A stretch of 64,000 bases of DNA from an uncultured virus (IMG/VR IMGVR_UViG_3300030107_007281) (lineage: Duplodnaviria; Heunggongvirae; Uroviricota; Caudoviricetes): the IMG/VR virus record IMGVR_UViG_3300030107_007281, one strand, 5' to 3'. Under the pieces are notes generated by a model. That model was not told where the DNA came from. It made no database searches and was given only the letters and a program-made list of their open reading frames with translations. This document shows, piece by piece, positions 18,901-27,404 of the stretch. Position 1 is the first letter of the stretch, and every line of letters begins with the position of its first letter. Position numbers and translations under genes: made by a program.

Positions 18901-21900
18901 GTCTGGGTATGGCCCACCATAATCGCAGCCAACAAAACCAAAAGCACCGTCTGAGACTCCATCTGGAATGTATTCTCCAAACATCATCATCCAAGCTTCT
19001 GGTCTAGTTAATTCTCCATCAAGGCCGTTTATTGTAGAATTATCTTGTGAATAAGAATTCAATTCAACATGTCGATGTTGGTGGCCGCCTACCCAATTTT
19101 GAGTAAAAGGGCCCTGCATAGAAATATCATTTGTAAAATAATTGGTATCTGAATGTATATTTGTTATAATGGAGCCACTGTTAAAGCGTTGTTGTACGAT
19201 ACTATTATAACCAGTATTTAAAGAACCAGAATAAATGTTTATTGGAAGCTTTTCCTGTCCAAAGACAAAATTATAAACGTTCGTTTCGTTGTCGGGTCCC
19301 TTGGGTACAACTTGATTGTCTGAAAATCTACCGACAAGCCCCTTTACATTGGATGTTTTCTTTAAATTGGGATCCAATACATCGTCGCATTCTTGTTTTT
19401 TTACAACTCCTTGACCGGCACCTTGGCCTACTAAAAATGTATTTTGCGGAAGACCACCAGAGACCGGACCTGCTCTGTGAACAAAGTTGTGTATAATGTC
19501 CCTATCTTTGTTGGGTGCATAGTTGATACCACCATGAATTGCTTTTTTGAATAACTGTTTTAACTTATAAGGTTTAGATAATGTCCTAAACACATAGGTA
19601 GAGCCCTGATACATTGTACCATTAGTCTTAAATAAATCAGGAATTTTAACAGCATCGTGTTTGGTTATAATTTCTCTTATTGTTTCTCTGTCTGTTATAT
19701 CTGTTCGTTTTTTTCTTTCCTTCTGCCATAAACAATTCTCGTTCTCATTGTTAGCCAACGGAGAGTGTCCATGTTCCCAATCATAGTTCATTTCAGCATG
19801 GCCTCTTATGGCAGCTTCGGGAATATCTTGTTCGATTGTTAAAGGAAACTTATTTTGATATTTGTTTCTTTCAAGTATATGACTATCGACAACATTTAAA
19901 ATACCAGAACTATAACGCGCACTTACAGGAAACAAATCTTCAACAATTCTAGAAACAGAAACATCTATCCATTTAAAATATTCTGAGAATCTATCAAAAT
20001 CCATATCACCAGTTACTCTATCAAAAAATAACCTTCTCAAAATATTTAAATCTTTATATTCAACTCTGTATTTGTCTACTGGCTTTCCTATTAGGTTGCT
20101 AAATTCCGCAACTGATGAAAACATATTTAACATCTCTTCGGAGATAGATTGATACATGCTTTTTTCAACAGAATAAAAATTGTCAGAAACATCTTCATCT
20201 CTAATAAAGTATAATTCCCTCTCTCCTTTGACATAAACATTGTCTGATATCACCGATACTTCTGGTAATTCTTTCTTCTGAGAAAAAATGTTTTTATTCA
20301 ATGCGAAAGATGTATTGTTGCTGCCGAAGTTTGCACCGCGCCCTTTATGCTCTCTTCTGATAATATTATCAATCCAGCCATATACCGTATCGGTTGAGCC
20401 GCTTGAAAAATCTTCAACAATAAAATCACCAGACGCATTAGATGCCGTAACTGTATTAAAGTTCCAGTTCAGCGCGAGCATATCACTACTTGGAATTTCT
20501 GTGTTTAAACCAAAAGGGAAAGTTGTTGACAGCCGGTTGCTTTCATTTGATCCATAATTTGTTGGATCAAGATTGTGTTTTTTAATTATTGTTTTGTCTA
20601 AATAATCCTCATAAAATCTAAATGCTCCAATTTGCATATCAGACCTTTGATCAACGGATCCAGTGAAGTTCGTTACATGAGAGCCAACATAAAATCTTTT
20701 TGGGTTCGCAAGATAGCTTGATCCACTATCATATCCCAAACTAGCTGTTAATAAAAACTCATTATCTACGTCATCATATGCATGGGTGACACCATAAAAC
20801 TCAACAGTATAGTTTGGAGCAGAGGACGTTGCAATATTGCCAACTAATTCATATTTATCTGGTCGAACACTAACTGCTATGTTCCATCTTTGATTGTCAT
20901 ATATGTTCGGTATTATACTAGATGTTAAGTTAATCGTCCCATCTTGATTTTTTAAAACAAATTTAGCATTTTTGGATTCTATTCTATCGCGAACCAAATA
21001 AATTTGTAAATTAGCTATTTCGTTGGCGGCCCATGTATAATTTTCTATTTCACTTGAAACAGCTTCGTGAAATCCAAAAATTGAAGAAGACACAAAAGGA
21101 GTTTGAAAATATCCTTTCTGGAATCCTTCAAGTTTATGCGGCACTATAAAATCAACTTCCGCTGTAAATGCAGAATATCTTTCTAGCTTTTCTGTGGAAG
21201 AACCTGATATGAAAGTGTTGGAGTTGTTGGTGGACGATGTTTGATAAATTGTTGAGGCGAAATAATCTGAATTGTTGAAATTTATATACCTTGTGTTGAG
21301 GTTAGATCTTTTTGTCTTATCATTAAAATAATGAGTACCTCCATCGGTATAAATATTCATTTTTACTAATTCATCATCTACACCAAAACACCGAAGCAGG
21401 TTCCGTATCGATCTCTCTGTTCCTTTTGATTTATATATGTGTTCTAGATTATTATATATGTTTGTATAGATTAGATTTTTTATCTCAGATATTTCTTTAT
21501 CATACATTACATTGTTTATGTCTCTGTCACCAAATTTTTCTAAAATTTTTGAATCAACGAAGAGATTGTTTACAGTGATGCCTTTTTCTATTAATAGTTT
21601 ATTAGCAAAAGGCAGCGGCTTCTGAAAAGACTCTGTATATTTTTTATCTTTTATATTTGGCAACTCTTTTATTTGTGCATGTAAAGTGTCAAAATAATTT
21701 GACATAATTTGAAATAAATATTTTACATTACTGTTGCTGTCATCATCTTCCTCTCTAATCCATTGCGGCAAAGTGTTTAATAGCATGTTGCCATTTTCAT
21801 CATCCCAATTGGAACCAGAAGATTGCATCTCAGACAAAATACTAATAACATCTGGATGTGCGCTATAAATAATTGGATCAGCAGTTTCTTTTGAAACTAA

Positions 21901-23169
21901 CCCAGAATCCGTAAACGCAGATCCCGTTGAGCGAGCACCAGATGAATAACCAATCCAAGAACCATTAGCAATTCTTCCAGAATAATCCAATACAATAGAG
22001 TCCGTAGCGGAGCTACCTACTATTCCTTCATTAAATTTATAATACACACCAAGCTTTACATTCGCATCATCTGTGTTCGTGCCGCCGCCCACTGGGACAT
22101 ACCAATGATTTTTAATTTGTTCAGAAGTTCTTCGGGTTTTCCAGAATCGAAATTCATCAATAGACGCATTTAGCTTGCCAGCAGCGGTTAACGTTGTTCC
22201 GTGAAATACATTACCAGAAGGAGCAGTTTGTAATGCCCCTATATAGCCATTTACTAAGCCCGGAAAATCTCCGTAACCCTGTGTTCCGAGTGTTTGTTCA
22301 TTATCCAAGTCACCATTTTTATACAAACGAGTTGTGATGCCAGAAGACGCAGAAACAAGGCTAAGAGCGTAATGTGACCAGTTTTGAAGAGAAGTGGTAG
22401 TGATATTTGCAGAACCAATAGACTGCTCAAAAATACCCGTAGAACCCGATTGTAGAGTAATTTTAAATGGATTATCACCAAGGACCGAAGAACCAGAGAT
22501 GGCCAATGTGAGGCGGCCATAATCAGCAGAGGAAGATGCATTGCCATTCCAAAGGTCAACAATAATTTCTTTACTGGTTTTTGTATGATCAAAAGATTGT
22601 TTTTTGAGCCAGAATTCAATTGTGACGCCCTCGGAGCCATTGATATCATAAGTGATTGTTCTATTTTTTGTCGTATCATAAATAACAGATTTGTCAAATG
22701 TATCTTTTAAAAGTTTACCTTCCATGCCAGCAGAAGCAGTATGCATCCCGCCGCGAGAATAAATGTATTCATAATCAGAAGAAGCGTTAGGGAGACCATA
22801 ACCTTCTGTTATCGAGGCTGCTGTACCCCAACCACCATAAGAAAAATCAATATACCCTGTTGTTTTTGGATATTTGTTTTTAAACACCCAATTGTCCAAA
22901 TATGATGAAGAGAGTTCAAAAAGTATTTTTTCTTTTTGAGAACCATCGTAAGGATATTCTTCATAAATTCTTTCTATTGTTTGTGTATAATATTCATAAG
23001 CAGAACCATATTTTGCAAAATTTGAAGCTGTTGCAAAATTAACACTTGGTTGAAATGTTTCATTTCTAGCGATCTTTGTCTTTATATAATCAAACGATTC
23101 TACAACAGAGCTTCCAGATTCTGCACTTTGAAAAGTTGATGGCTTGGTAAATAAATCTTTAATACTCAT
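15955..23169 (-). CDS. Giant baseplate/receptor-binding protein with about four LamG (concanavalin A-like) domains
   Basis: Repeated LamG signatures (TIEFWLK..WSHYAL..LYKNG..IDEFRFW; FSWAGWLY..WFHLAIT..MYLNG; FTISLWY..WKHLVY..IQDLVFWDKLLSQAEIDELY) plus a KSKGTERSIRNLLRCFG baseplate-wedge-like motif. Confidence 0.8.
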   Translation of the reverse strand: MSIKDLFTKPSTFQSAESGSSVVESFDYIKTKIARNETFQPSVNFATASNFAKYGSAYEYYTQTIERIYEEYPYDGSQKEKILFELSSSYLDNWVFKNKYPKTTGYIDFSYGGWGTAASITEGYGLPNASSDYEYIYSRGGMHTASAGMEGKLLKDTFDKSVIYDTTKNRTITYDINGSEGVTIEFWLKKQSFDHTKTSKEIIVDLWNGNASSSADYGRLTLAISGSSVLGDNPFKITLQSGSTGIFEQSIGSANITTTSLQNWSHYALSLVSASSGITTRLYKNGDLDNEQTLGTQGYGDFPGLVNGYIGALQTAPSGNVFHGTTLTAAGKLNASIDEFRFWKTRRTSEQIKNHWYVPVGGGTNTDDANVKLGVYYKFNEGIVGSSATDSIVLDYSGRIANGSWIGYSSGARSTGSAFTDSGLVSKETADPIIYSAHPDVISILSEMQSSGSNWDDENGNMLLNTLPQWIREEDDDSNSNVKYLFQIMSNYFDTLHAQIKELPNIKDKKYTESFQKPLPFANKLLIEKGITVNNLFVDSKILEKFGDRDINNVMYDKEISEIKNLIYTNIYNNLEHIYKSKGTERSIRNLLRCFGVDDELVKMNIYTDGGTHYFNDKTKRSNLNTRYINFNNSDYFASTIYQTSSTNNSNTFISGSSTEKLERYSAFTAEVDFIVPHKLEGFQKGYFQTPFVSSSIFGFHEAVSSEIENYTWAANEIANLQIYLVRDRIESKNAKFVLKNQDGTINLTSSIIPNIYDNQRWNIAVSVRPDKYELVGNIATSSAPNYTVEFYGVTHAYDDVDNEFLLTASLGYDSGSSYLANPKRFYVGSHVTNFTGSVDQRSDMQIGAFRFYEDYLDKTIIKKHNLDPTNYGSNESNRLSTTFPFGLNTEIPSSDMLALNWNFNTVTASNASGDFIVEDFSSGSTDTVYGWIDNIIRREHKGRGANFGSNNTSFALNKNIFSQKKELPEVSVISDNVYVKGERELYFIRDEDVSDNFYSVEKSMYQSISEEMLNMFSSVAEFSNLIGKPVDKYRVEYKDLNILRRLFFDRVTGDMDFDRFSEYFKWIDVSVSRIVEDLFPVSARYSSGILNVVDSHILERNKYQNKFPLTIEQDIPEAAIRGHAEMNYDWEHGHSPLANNENENCLWQKERKKRTDITDRETIREIITKHDAVKIPDLFKTNGTMYQGSTYVFRTLSKPYKLKQLFKKAIHGGINYAPNKDRDIIHNFVHRAGPVSGGLPQNTFLVGQGAGQGVVKKQECDDVLDPNLKKTSNVKGLVGRFSDNQVVPKGPDNETNVYNFVFGQEKLPINIYSGSLNTGYNSIVQQRFNSGSIITNIHSDTNYFTNDISMQGPFTQNWVGGHQHRHVELNSYSQDNSTINGLDGELTRPEAWMMMFGEYIPDGVSDGAFGFVGCDYGGPYPDPDRKAATLYREERAKRPVNIRNIQTVTGSGALFSCGNFSENYEVVQSFGKQENNLYFIENPNQSLYLPSSIRSEMPETTHPMTLIGQAAFVSGNVFGVHENNRQPNKAGVTPAKASGSFTVYGIDHISTGAKLEITSGAGGASIGYIVESNTAGFSNVLTGSNDSDFIDNLQAHIQASSSMVTSTTQISSTVGPAPFLHAFPNSGVNHRVFMSGSYSSNWFNLREFSWAGWLYISQSNQSTGVIYSQDSTPSLKYARQIKYNSGTRVLKFYKNYLSGSDNKYIEWVGPVMTDYWDKWFHLAITHNSGASYAGTASNDVKMYLNGTEVSTTRAGNVSMNPGFSANPMTGPYYLYNRSNEKTTTAEFKGGICNVGTWASVLTQTHINEIYDGHTFVNYTATPTAAAAGLRGYLPLTSSLSDPDADVSYQFADGDTFEDQSGAALQGVTASINVQGNIRFLQGPFLTKSKYIVMLTASQNGAEFNGTITGSTPTYETFFDFNDLVGGVTEVVENDIVIQNIDSSLNGNKNRTIITNRFSAPGGVEINTLGYLDAYSKEYSVYNNINYRNLTVRMSGSGEANTMRLDSQLGYREGLQTLLRRHSAQFGADPIHASPVAESYVVVPNFHKQQRNGRKIPMTGSRTLSPILEDNFDNAYLNSPIPQSDFQYSWITSSLGGYDTSTALYQSNNYLAMIKDAGWYAEFEDTSFSGLGTSDFTISLWYYVSSSMTGNSLQIRTRRADNTIMHRLDFANKKPTVDYKNDAEYDDTANFGTAESQFETLNQWKHLVYHFDVNDLSSGVPRLWIDAIEYPSTDFSAIGGTTPTITQIEVLLYNHGGIQDLVFWDKLLSQAEIDELYNYGVPLDPSTHSAQSDIVSWFKLGYEAQWAGYSPPSGSGDILKGTITIPDAIGSNEFTISEESFFKIDTREWYVPPAQGTYAVKSGRQRIYGYAPRSGILSSSVVIDGESGFVPAITFPTASEIFGE

Positions 23170-25141
23170 CTTTGTTTACTCTGAACTTGAATATATGGGG
23201 GTGTTGTCTATAAGAAGACACTGAGTCTTCATAAAAACTATATTGAAATGCATATGTATACCCCGGTTCAAACATAGATAAGTCAAGATCAAAGTAATTA
23301 CCAGATATATCGTAAGATAACATTGAATAATTATCATCATTAGACCCAGTACCATAAGGAACAACTACCTTTTGATCAACCACTCTGGTTATTTGGTAAG
23401 AAGCACTTTCAATAATTAAAGTTTGTGGTGTAGCTTGCGCTTTTGTAAAAATATTGGGGCTCCAATTTTTTTCTCTAACATATATTCTAAATCGTTCAGT
23501 CTCGTTGTTGGAATAAAATTCTTTAAGATCGGGCATTGAAACAACATACTTGCCATTTGGATTTATGTTTGATGCAGCAAGAGTTTGCACCTCTATCGAA
23601 CCCGTATGAAATTGTATTGCGGCGTTTTCGCCCGTTGTAGCGGTGGCGGCGTCAATGATTGTATTCCCACCTTTGAACCAAACATCATATACCGTTTCTA
23701 AATCTGTTGAGCCCGTAAAGGCGATAGAGGCAGAATAAATACCAGTTGAAACCCAACTTCCAGTAGTAACACGAAGGTAGTCTTGCTTAATATGCGGATC
23801 GGCCAAAGACATTAGTAACGCCGAGCCGGATGGGGCCGTATTATCTGACGAGCCAGAAAAAAGACTAACATGTATTTCACCCGTTCCAACACTAGGTATA
23901 TTAGTCAGCTTACCTCTAACATAATTGTATAAGTAAATTGAATTTAAATTATCACCGGATGGAGCAAGCGAAGAGCTAAGAAAAAAGTTACCTCTATGGT
24001 CTTTCAATGTTGAATCCCAACGAGCCTCTATTGATGGTCTTTTAAAGAAAAATTCACTGTCTTTTCCAAAAAATTTCTTTGTATAATAAGATATAACAGC
24101 GTCACCTGCTGCCTGCACAGAACTTGAACCCTCATAAGAAGAAGATAATTTGACTAAAACACCATTATTATTTTTTGATCCAAGTACATTGTTCGCACTA
24201 TCAAGCCACTGTTCAACAAGAGTGGTAATATCAACAGACAAATCTTCCGTTCCAATCGGAAAAGTTTGTTCAAAAGAAGAACTCAGATCCGTATAATAGT
24301 CGCCTCCATTTGATACCCATTTACCATCACCACTAGAAAATATCGCAGTTACATTATCACCTTCGCCACTGTCGGCAAGATTTTGTGCTCCACCACCAGA
24401 TGCCGTTTGTAAGGCTCTAAGTGATGAGTTGTCTGTAATTGTGACTGTCTTACCAACTACTGATCCATTATTTATAAGTTCAGTAAACTCAGCAGTCGTT
24501 AAATTAACTGCACTAGAACCATTGTTGTCGCCGTTGTTTGGAGTTATTGTGGCAACAATCTCAGATGGGGTTCCGGTGAATGCGGCTAGAATTGTGTTTG
24601 TTGGGTTGGCGGCTGCTGCGGCAACTTTTAGTTCAAACGTATTATCGTTTCTATATCTTCCATTTGCACTAGCTGTTAGTGTTATATCATTTGTTAAATC
24701 GATTGTTGCGGTTGCTTTTGCTAGCGGACCAACAGCATTAATCCAATTTGAGCCAATTTTATCATATGTCAAATCAGTATAATTATCTAAATCGAGGCCG
24801 TTTCCTTCTTGCCAAGATCCACTAATAGCATTAACAGTTATCTTAAAATCTTTTGGCAATGTTGAAGAATGACGCGCATTATATAGATTTAAAAAGAATT
24901 TCATACTACCAGATGCAGGGATAGTTCCCGCTGTGCGATCTGTTTCGATATCTGAAATTGGAAATTGTACTAAAATTCTTGATAATTCTACTGATGAAGA
25001 AGTTTGTTGGCCATAGATTGAAAAGGTTTCCAATATATCAGCAGCACCAGCATTAGAGCCAGTTCCTCTTGTGGATAATGCTTCATCAAAAGCATTGGTT
25101 ATAGAATTATCTGCATTTGCAAAATATTTTTTAATAGCCAT
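23159..25141 (-). CDS. Virion structural protein (baseplate-associated, beta-rich)
   Basis: 660 aa, directly after the gp6-like gene; SRILVQF and RPSIEARWD motifs; internal Ala/Thr-rich insert. Confidence 0.65.
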   Translation of the reverse strand: MAIKKYFANADNSITNAFDEALSTRGTGSNAGAADILETFSIYGQQTSSSVELSRILVQFPISDIETDRTAGTIPASGSMKFFLNLYNARHSSTLPKDFKITVNAISGSWQEGNGLDLDNYTDLTYDKIGSNWINAVGPLAKATATIDLTNDITLTASANGRYRNDNTFELKVAAAAANPTNTILAAFTGTPSEIVATITPNNGDNNGSSAVNLTTAEFTELINNGSVVGKTVTITDNSSLRALQTASGGGAQNLADSGEGDNVTAIFSSGDGKWVSNGGDYYTDLSSSFEQTFPIGTEDLSVDITTLVEQWLDSANNVLGSKNNNGVLVKLSSSYEGSSSVQAAGDAVISYYTKKFFGKDSEFFFKRPSIEARWDSTLKDHRGNFFLSSSLAPSGDNLNSIYLYNYVRGKLTNIPSVGTGEIHVSLFSGSSDNTAPSGSALLMSLADPHIKQDYLRVTTGSWVSTGIYSASIAFTGSTDLETVYDVWFKGGNTIIDAATATTGENAAIQFHTGSIEVQTLAASNINPNGKYVVSMPDLKEFYSNNETERFRIYVREKNWSPNIFTKAQATPQTLIIESASYQITRVVDQKVVVPYGTGSNDDNYSMLSYDISGNYFDLDLSMFEPGYTYAFQYSFYEDSVSSYRQHPHIFKFRVNKDEY

Positions 25142-26937
25142 TATTTAACAGTCCCTTTCACATCTTGATCTGGATATTTTAATTCCGCGATTCCATCTTT
25201 GGGAATTTTTATATAAGTGCCGTCTTTTGAGAGCGCATCTTCAAAATTATAATATATTGAAGAATAATCCCCCCCAGATTTATTTTCTAAAACAACATCT
25301 TTTGTATCAATCACACCAGTAGTTTCATTTAATATTTGATAAATTCTGGATATATAAACTGGCTCACCAACGTAGGATACTTCTGAAAAGTAATTCTGTA
25401 CAGCGTTGATACAACTAACAAGAACCACATCAGAATCATATCTTTTGTCAACATGCACTAAGAAATCAACAGAAAAATTTATTATACGAGCATCCATTAT
25501 ATCAACAATATCATTTAGCATTTTGTAATTTGTAAGCCAATTTTTTAAATTATTTTTTACAATACTATTTGTAGCAGCGAGATTGCCTGTTGAGTTTTCG
25601 GAAATAACATATAATGCCAGTCTTCTATTAGTAGAAGAAGGGTCATTTACGATATTCGCTCTCTTTATTGCTCCAAATTTTGAAGGCATATTATAAACCA
25701 AAGATTCATAATCTTGTTTTGATACTGCTCTGGATTGGGATGCGTAATTTGCTATCGTTCTTTGTTTTAGTTCTTCCAAAGTTATATTTTCATTAACCGA
25801 AGTTATGGGCTTATCGTTTGTAATTTCAAGAGAGTTTTCAACAATACTTGTCGTAGATGTATTTAAATTTTCACCCGAATCAAAAACAAGGTTAGCAAAA
25901 GAAATATTATTAATAGCATTAGCTGGTATGCTACTTCCTATCTCGCTATTTGATCTATAATTTATTGTTAATGTTGTATTATATGGAGAAATTCCTAATT
26001 TATTTGTTGATAACAGTTTTGTTGGGTCAAAAGAGTTGTCAGATATTGTTCTTTTTCCATGTAAATTTAAAGCAATTTTTGAAGGATCAACAAGACCTGT
26101 TGTGTCCTCTGATTCGGATCCAAATCCAAATTGTATGTATGTTCCCGTATCATCTCTCTGTACAATGAATCGGCGGGTTGCCACAAATGGTTTAATGATG
26201 GATCTAACACCATCTGTTAAAGCATTCTTATTGGTTGTTTCTATAAAGATTACCTCTTGGGATAAATTATTAACTTCATAATATTGATTACCTTCCGAAT
26301 CAAATACGCTGGTAATGTCTGTAATCTCAGTGCCTCCAATTCTTATTCTTTTAAATTTTTCAAATTCCGAGCCCAAAGAAATTTCCGATGTATAATCAAT
26401 TCCCGATTCTACAATGCCAGTCGCCCTAACAGCAAAATATGTTGTTGCTCCGGTTGCTTCATCAAACCTTGCAGCTATAAAATCGTTTTTAGAATCATTA
26501 AAAAGAACATCACTTGTTAACGTAAAATTAACACCATCATCGGAAGTGAACACAGAACCTTGTTTTAAAGTCGGTAAATATGTCAAGTCAGGTGCCGTTC
26601 CTTCGGCATTAGACGGACATAATATATAAATTGTTAAGGTTCCATAAGAAGAAGGGATGCCGGTATATTCATAACCTAATGAACGAGCATGTTTCCTTAC
26701 ATTATCAAACTCTATTGCTGTATCTAAGAAACTTTCATTAATATTATAATCTAAATAATAAGATAAAACATCACCAACATAAGACACAGTATCCAATACC
26801 AAAGACCCAAAAGACGCATCTGTAAAATCTTTGTATGAATCTGGATAATACCTCTTGGCATAATCAACGAGATCTTCTTTAATAGAATCAAAATCTCTAC
26901 TGGTGTACTTTATTGTAATATTTTTGTTTTTTGGCAT
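25141..26937 (-). CDS. Baseplate wedge subunit (T4 gp6-like / baseplate J-like)
   Basis: YTSRDFDSIKEDL, NESFLDTA, FGFG and RAVSKQDYE motifs; adjacent to gp25; likely start ATG 26937. Confidence 0.85.
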   Translation of the reverse strand: MPKNKNITIKYTSRDFDSIKEDLVDYAKRYYPDSYKDFTDASFGSLVLDTVSYVGDVLSYYLDYNINESFLDTAIEFDNVRKHARSLGYEYTGIPSSYGTLTIYILCPSNAEGTAPDLTYLPTLKQGSVFTSDDGVNFTLTSDVLFNDSKNDFIAARFDEATGATTYFAVRATGIVESGIDYTSEISLGSEFEKFKRIRIGGTEITDITSVFDSEGNQYYEVNNLSQEVIFIETTNKNALTDGVRSIIKPFVATRRFIVQRDDTGTYIQFGFGSESEDTTGLVDPSKIALNLHGKRTISDNSFDPTKLLSTNKLGISPYNTTLTINYRSNSEIGSSIPANAINNISFANLVFDSGENLNTSTTSIVENSLEITNDKPITSVNENITLEELKQRTIANYASQSRAVSKQDYESLVYNMPSKFGAIKRANIVNDPSSTNRRLALYVISENSTGNLAATNSIVKNNLKNWLTNYKMLNDIVDIMDARIINFSVDFLVHVDKRYDSDVVLVSCINAVQNYFSEVSYVGEPVYISRIYQILNETTGVIDTKDVVLENKSGGDYSSIYYNFEDALSKDGTYIKIPKDGIAELKYPDQDVKGTVK

Positions 26938-26963
26938 AAAAGGAAAACTCCGACAAATCACAA

Positions 26964-26970
26964 TAAATAG
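26964..26970 (-). promoter_or_regulatory. Putative late promoter core CTATTTA
   Basis: Intergenic between the gp25-like and gp6-like genes. Confidence 0.5.
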
Positions 26971-26978
26971 AAATTCAA

Positions 26979-27356
26979 TTAAATATTTGTTACTTCTATT
27001 TCAATGAAATCCACTATTTCGACAAAATCTATTTCATATTTTAATTTAAGGTGGATACTTTGTTCACCACTTGGCCTTACAAGTAGCTCCAAAATATCTA
27101 TATAAGGTGCATAGATCTTTATCTGTTCAATCACGCGGTTTCGTACTAATTCCAACAACTCAATTGTAATGTTTTCAAACAATGCTTGTTTTATTCCAAC
27201 ACCAAAATTCGGTATCATTATACGCTCGCCCGGATTGGTTAAAATAATATTTTTTATATTAAATTTTACACTATCTTTTATATCTGACAATTCGTAGCCA
27301 GAATTCTTACTTGTAAAGTCAAGTGGAAATGTTAATCCCGGTGTTTCTTTTGGCAT
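26979..27356 (-). CDS. Baseplate wedge/sheath initiator (T4 gp25/GPW family)
   Basis: NIKNIILTNPGERIMIPNFGVG is the hallmark TxxGERxxxPxFG motif; AAGGAG SD. Confidence 0.9.
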   Translation of the reverse strand: MPKETPGLTFPLDFTSKNSGYELSDIKDSVKFNIKNIILTNPGERIMIPNFGVGIKQALFENITIELLELVRNRVIEQIKIYAPYIDILELLVRPSGEQSIHLKLKYEIDFVEIVDFIEIEVTNI

Positions 27357-27404
27357 TTAATGCACTCCTTTATTATATAATTAATAAAAAACAAAAAATA
27401 TTTT

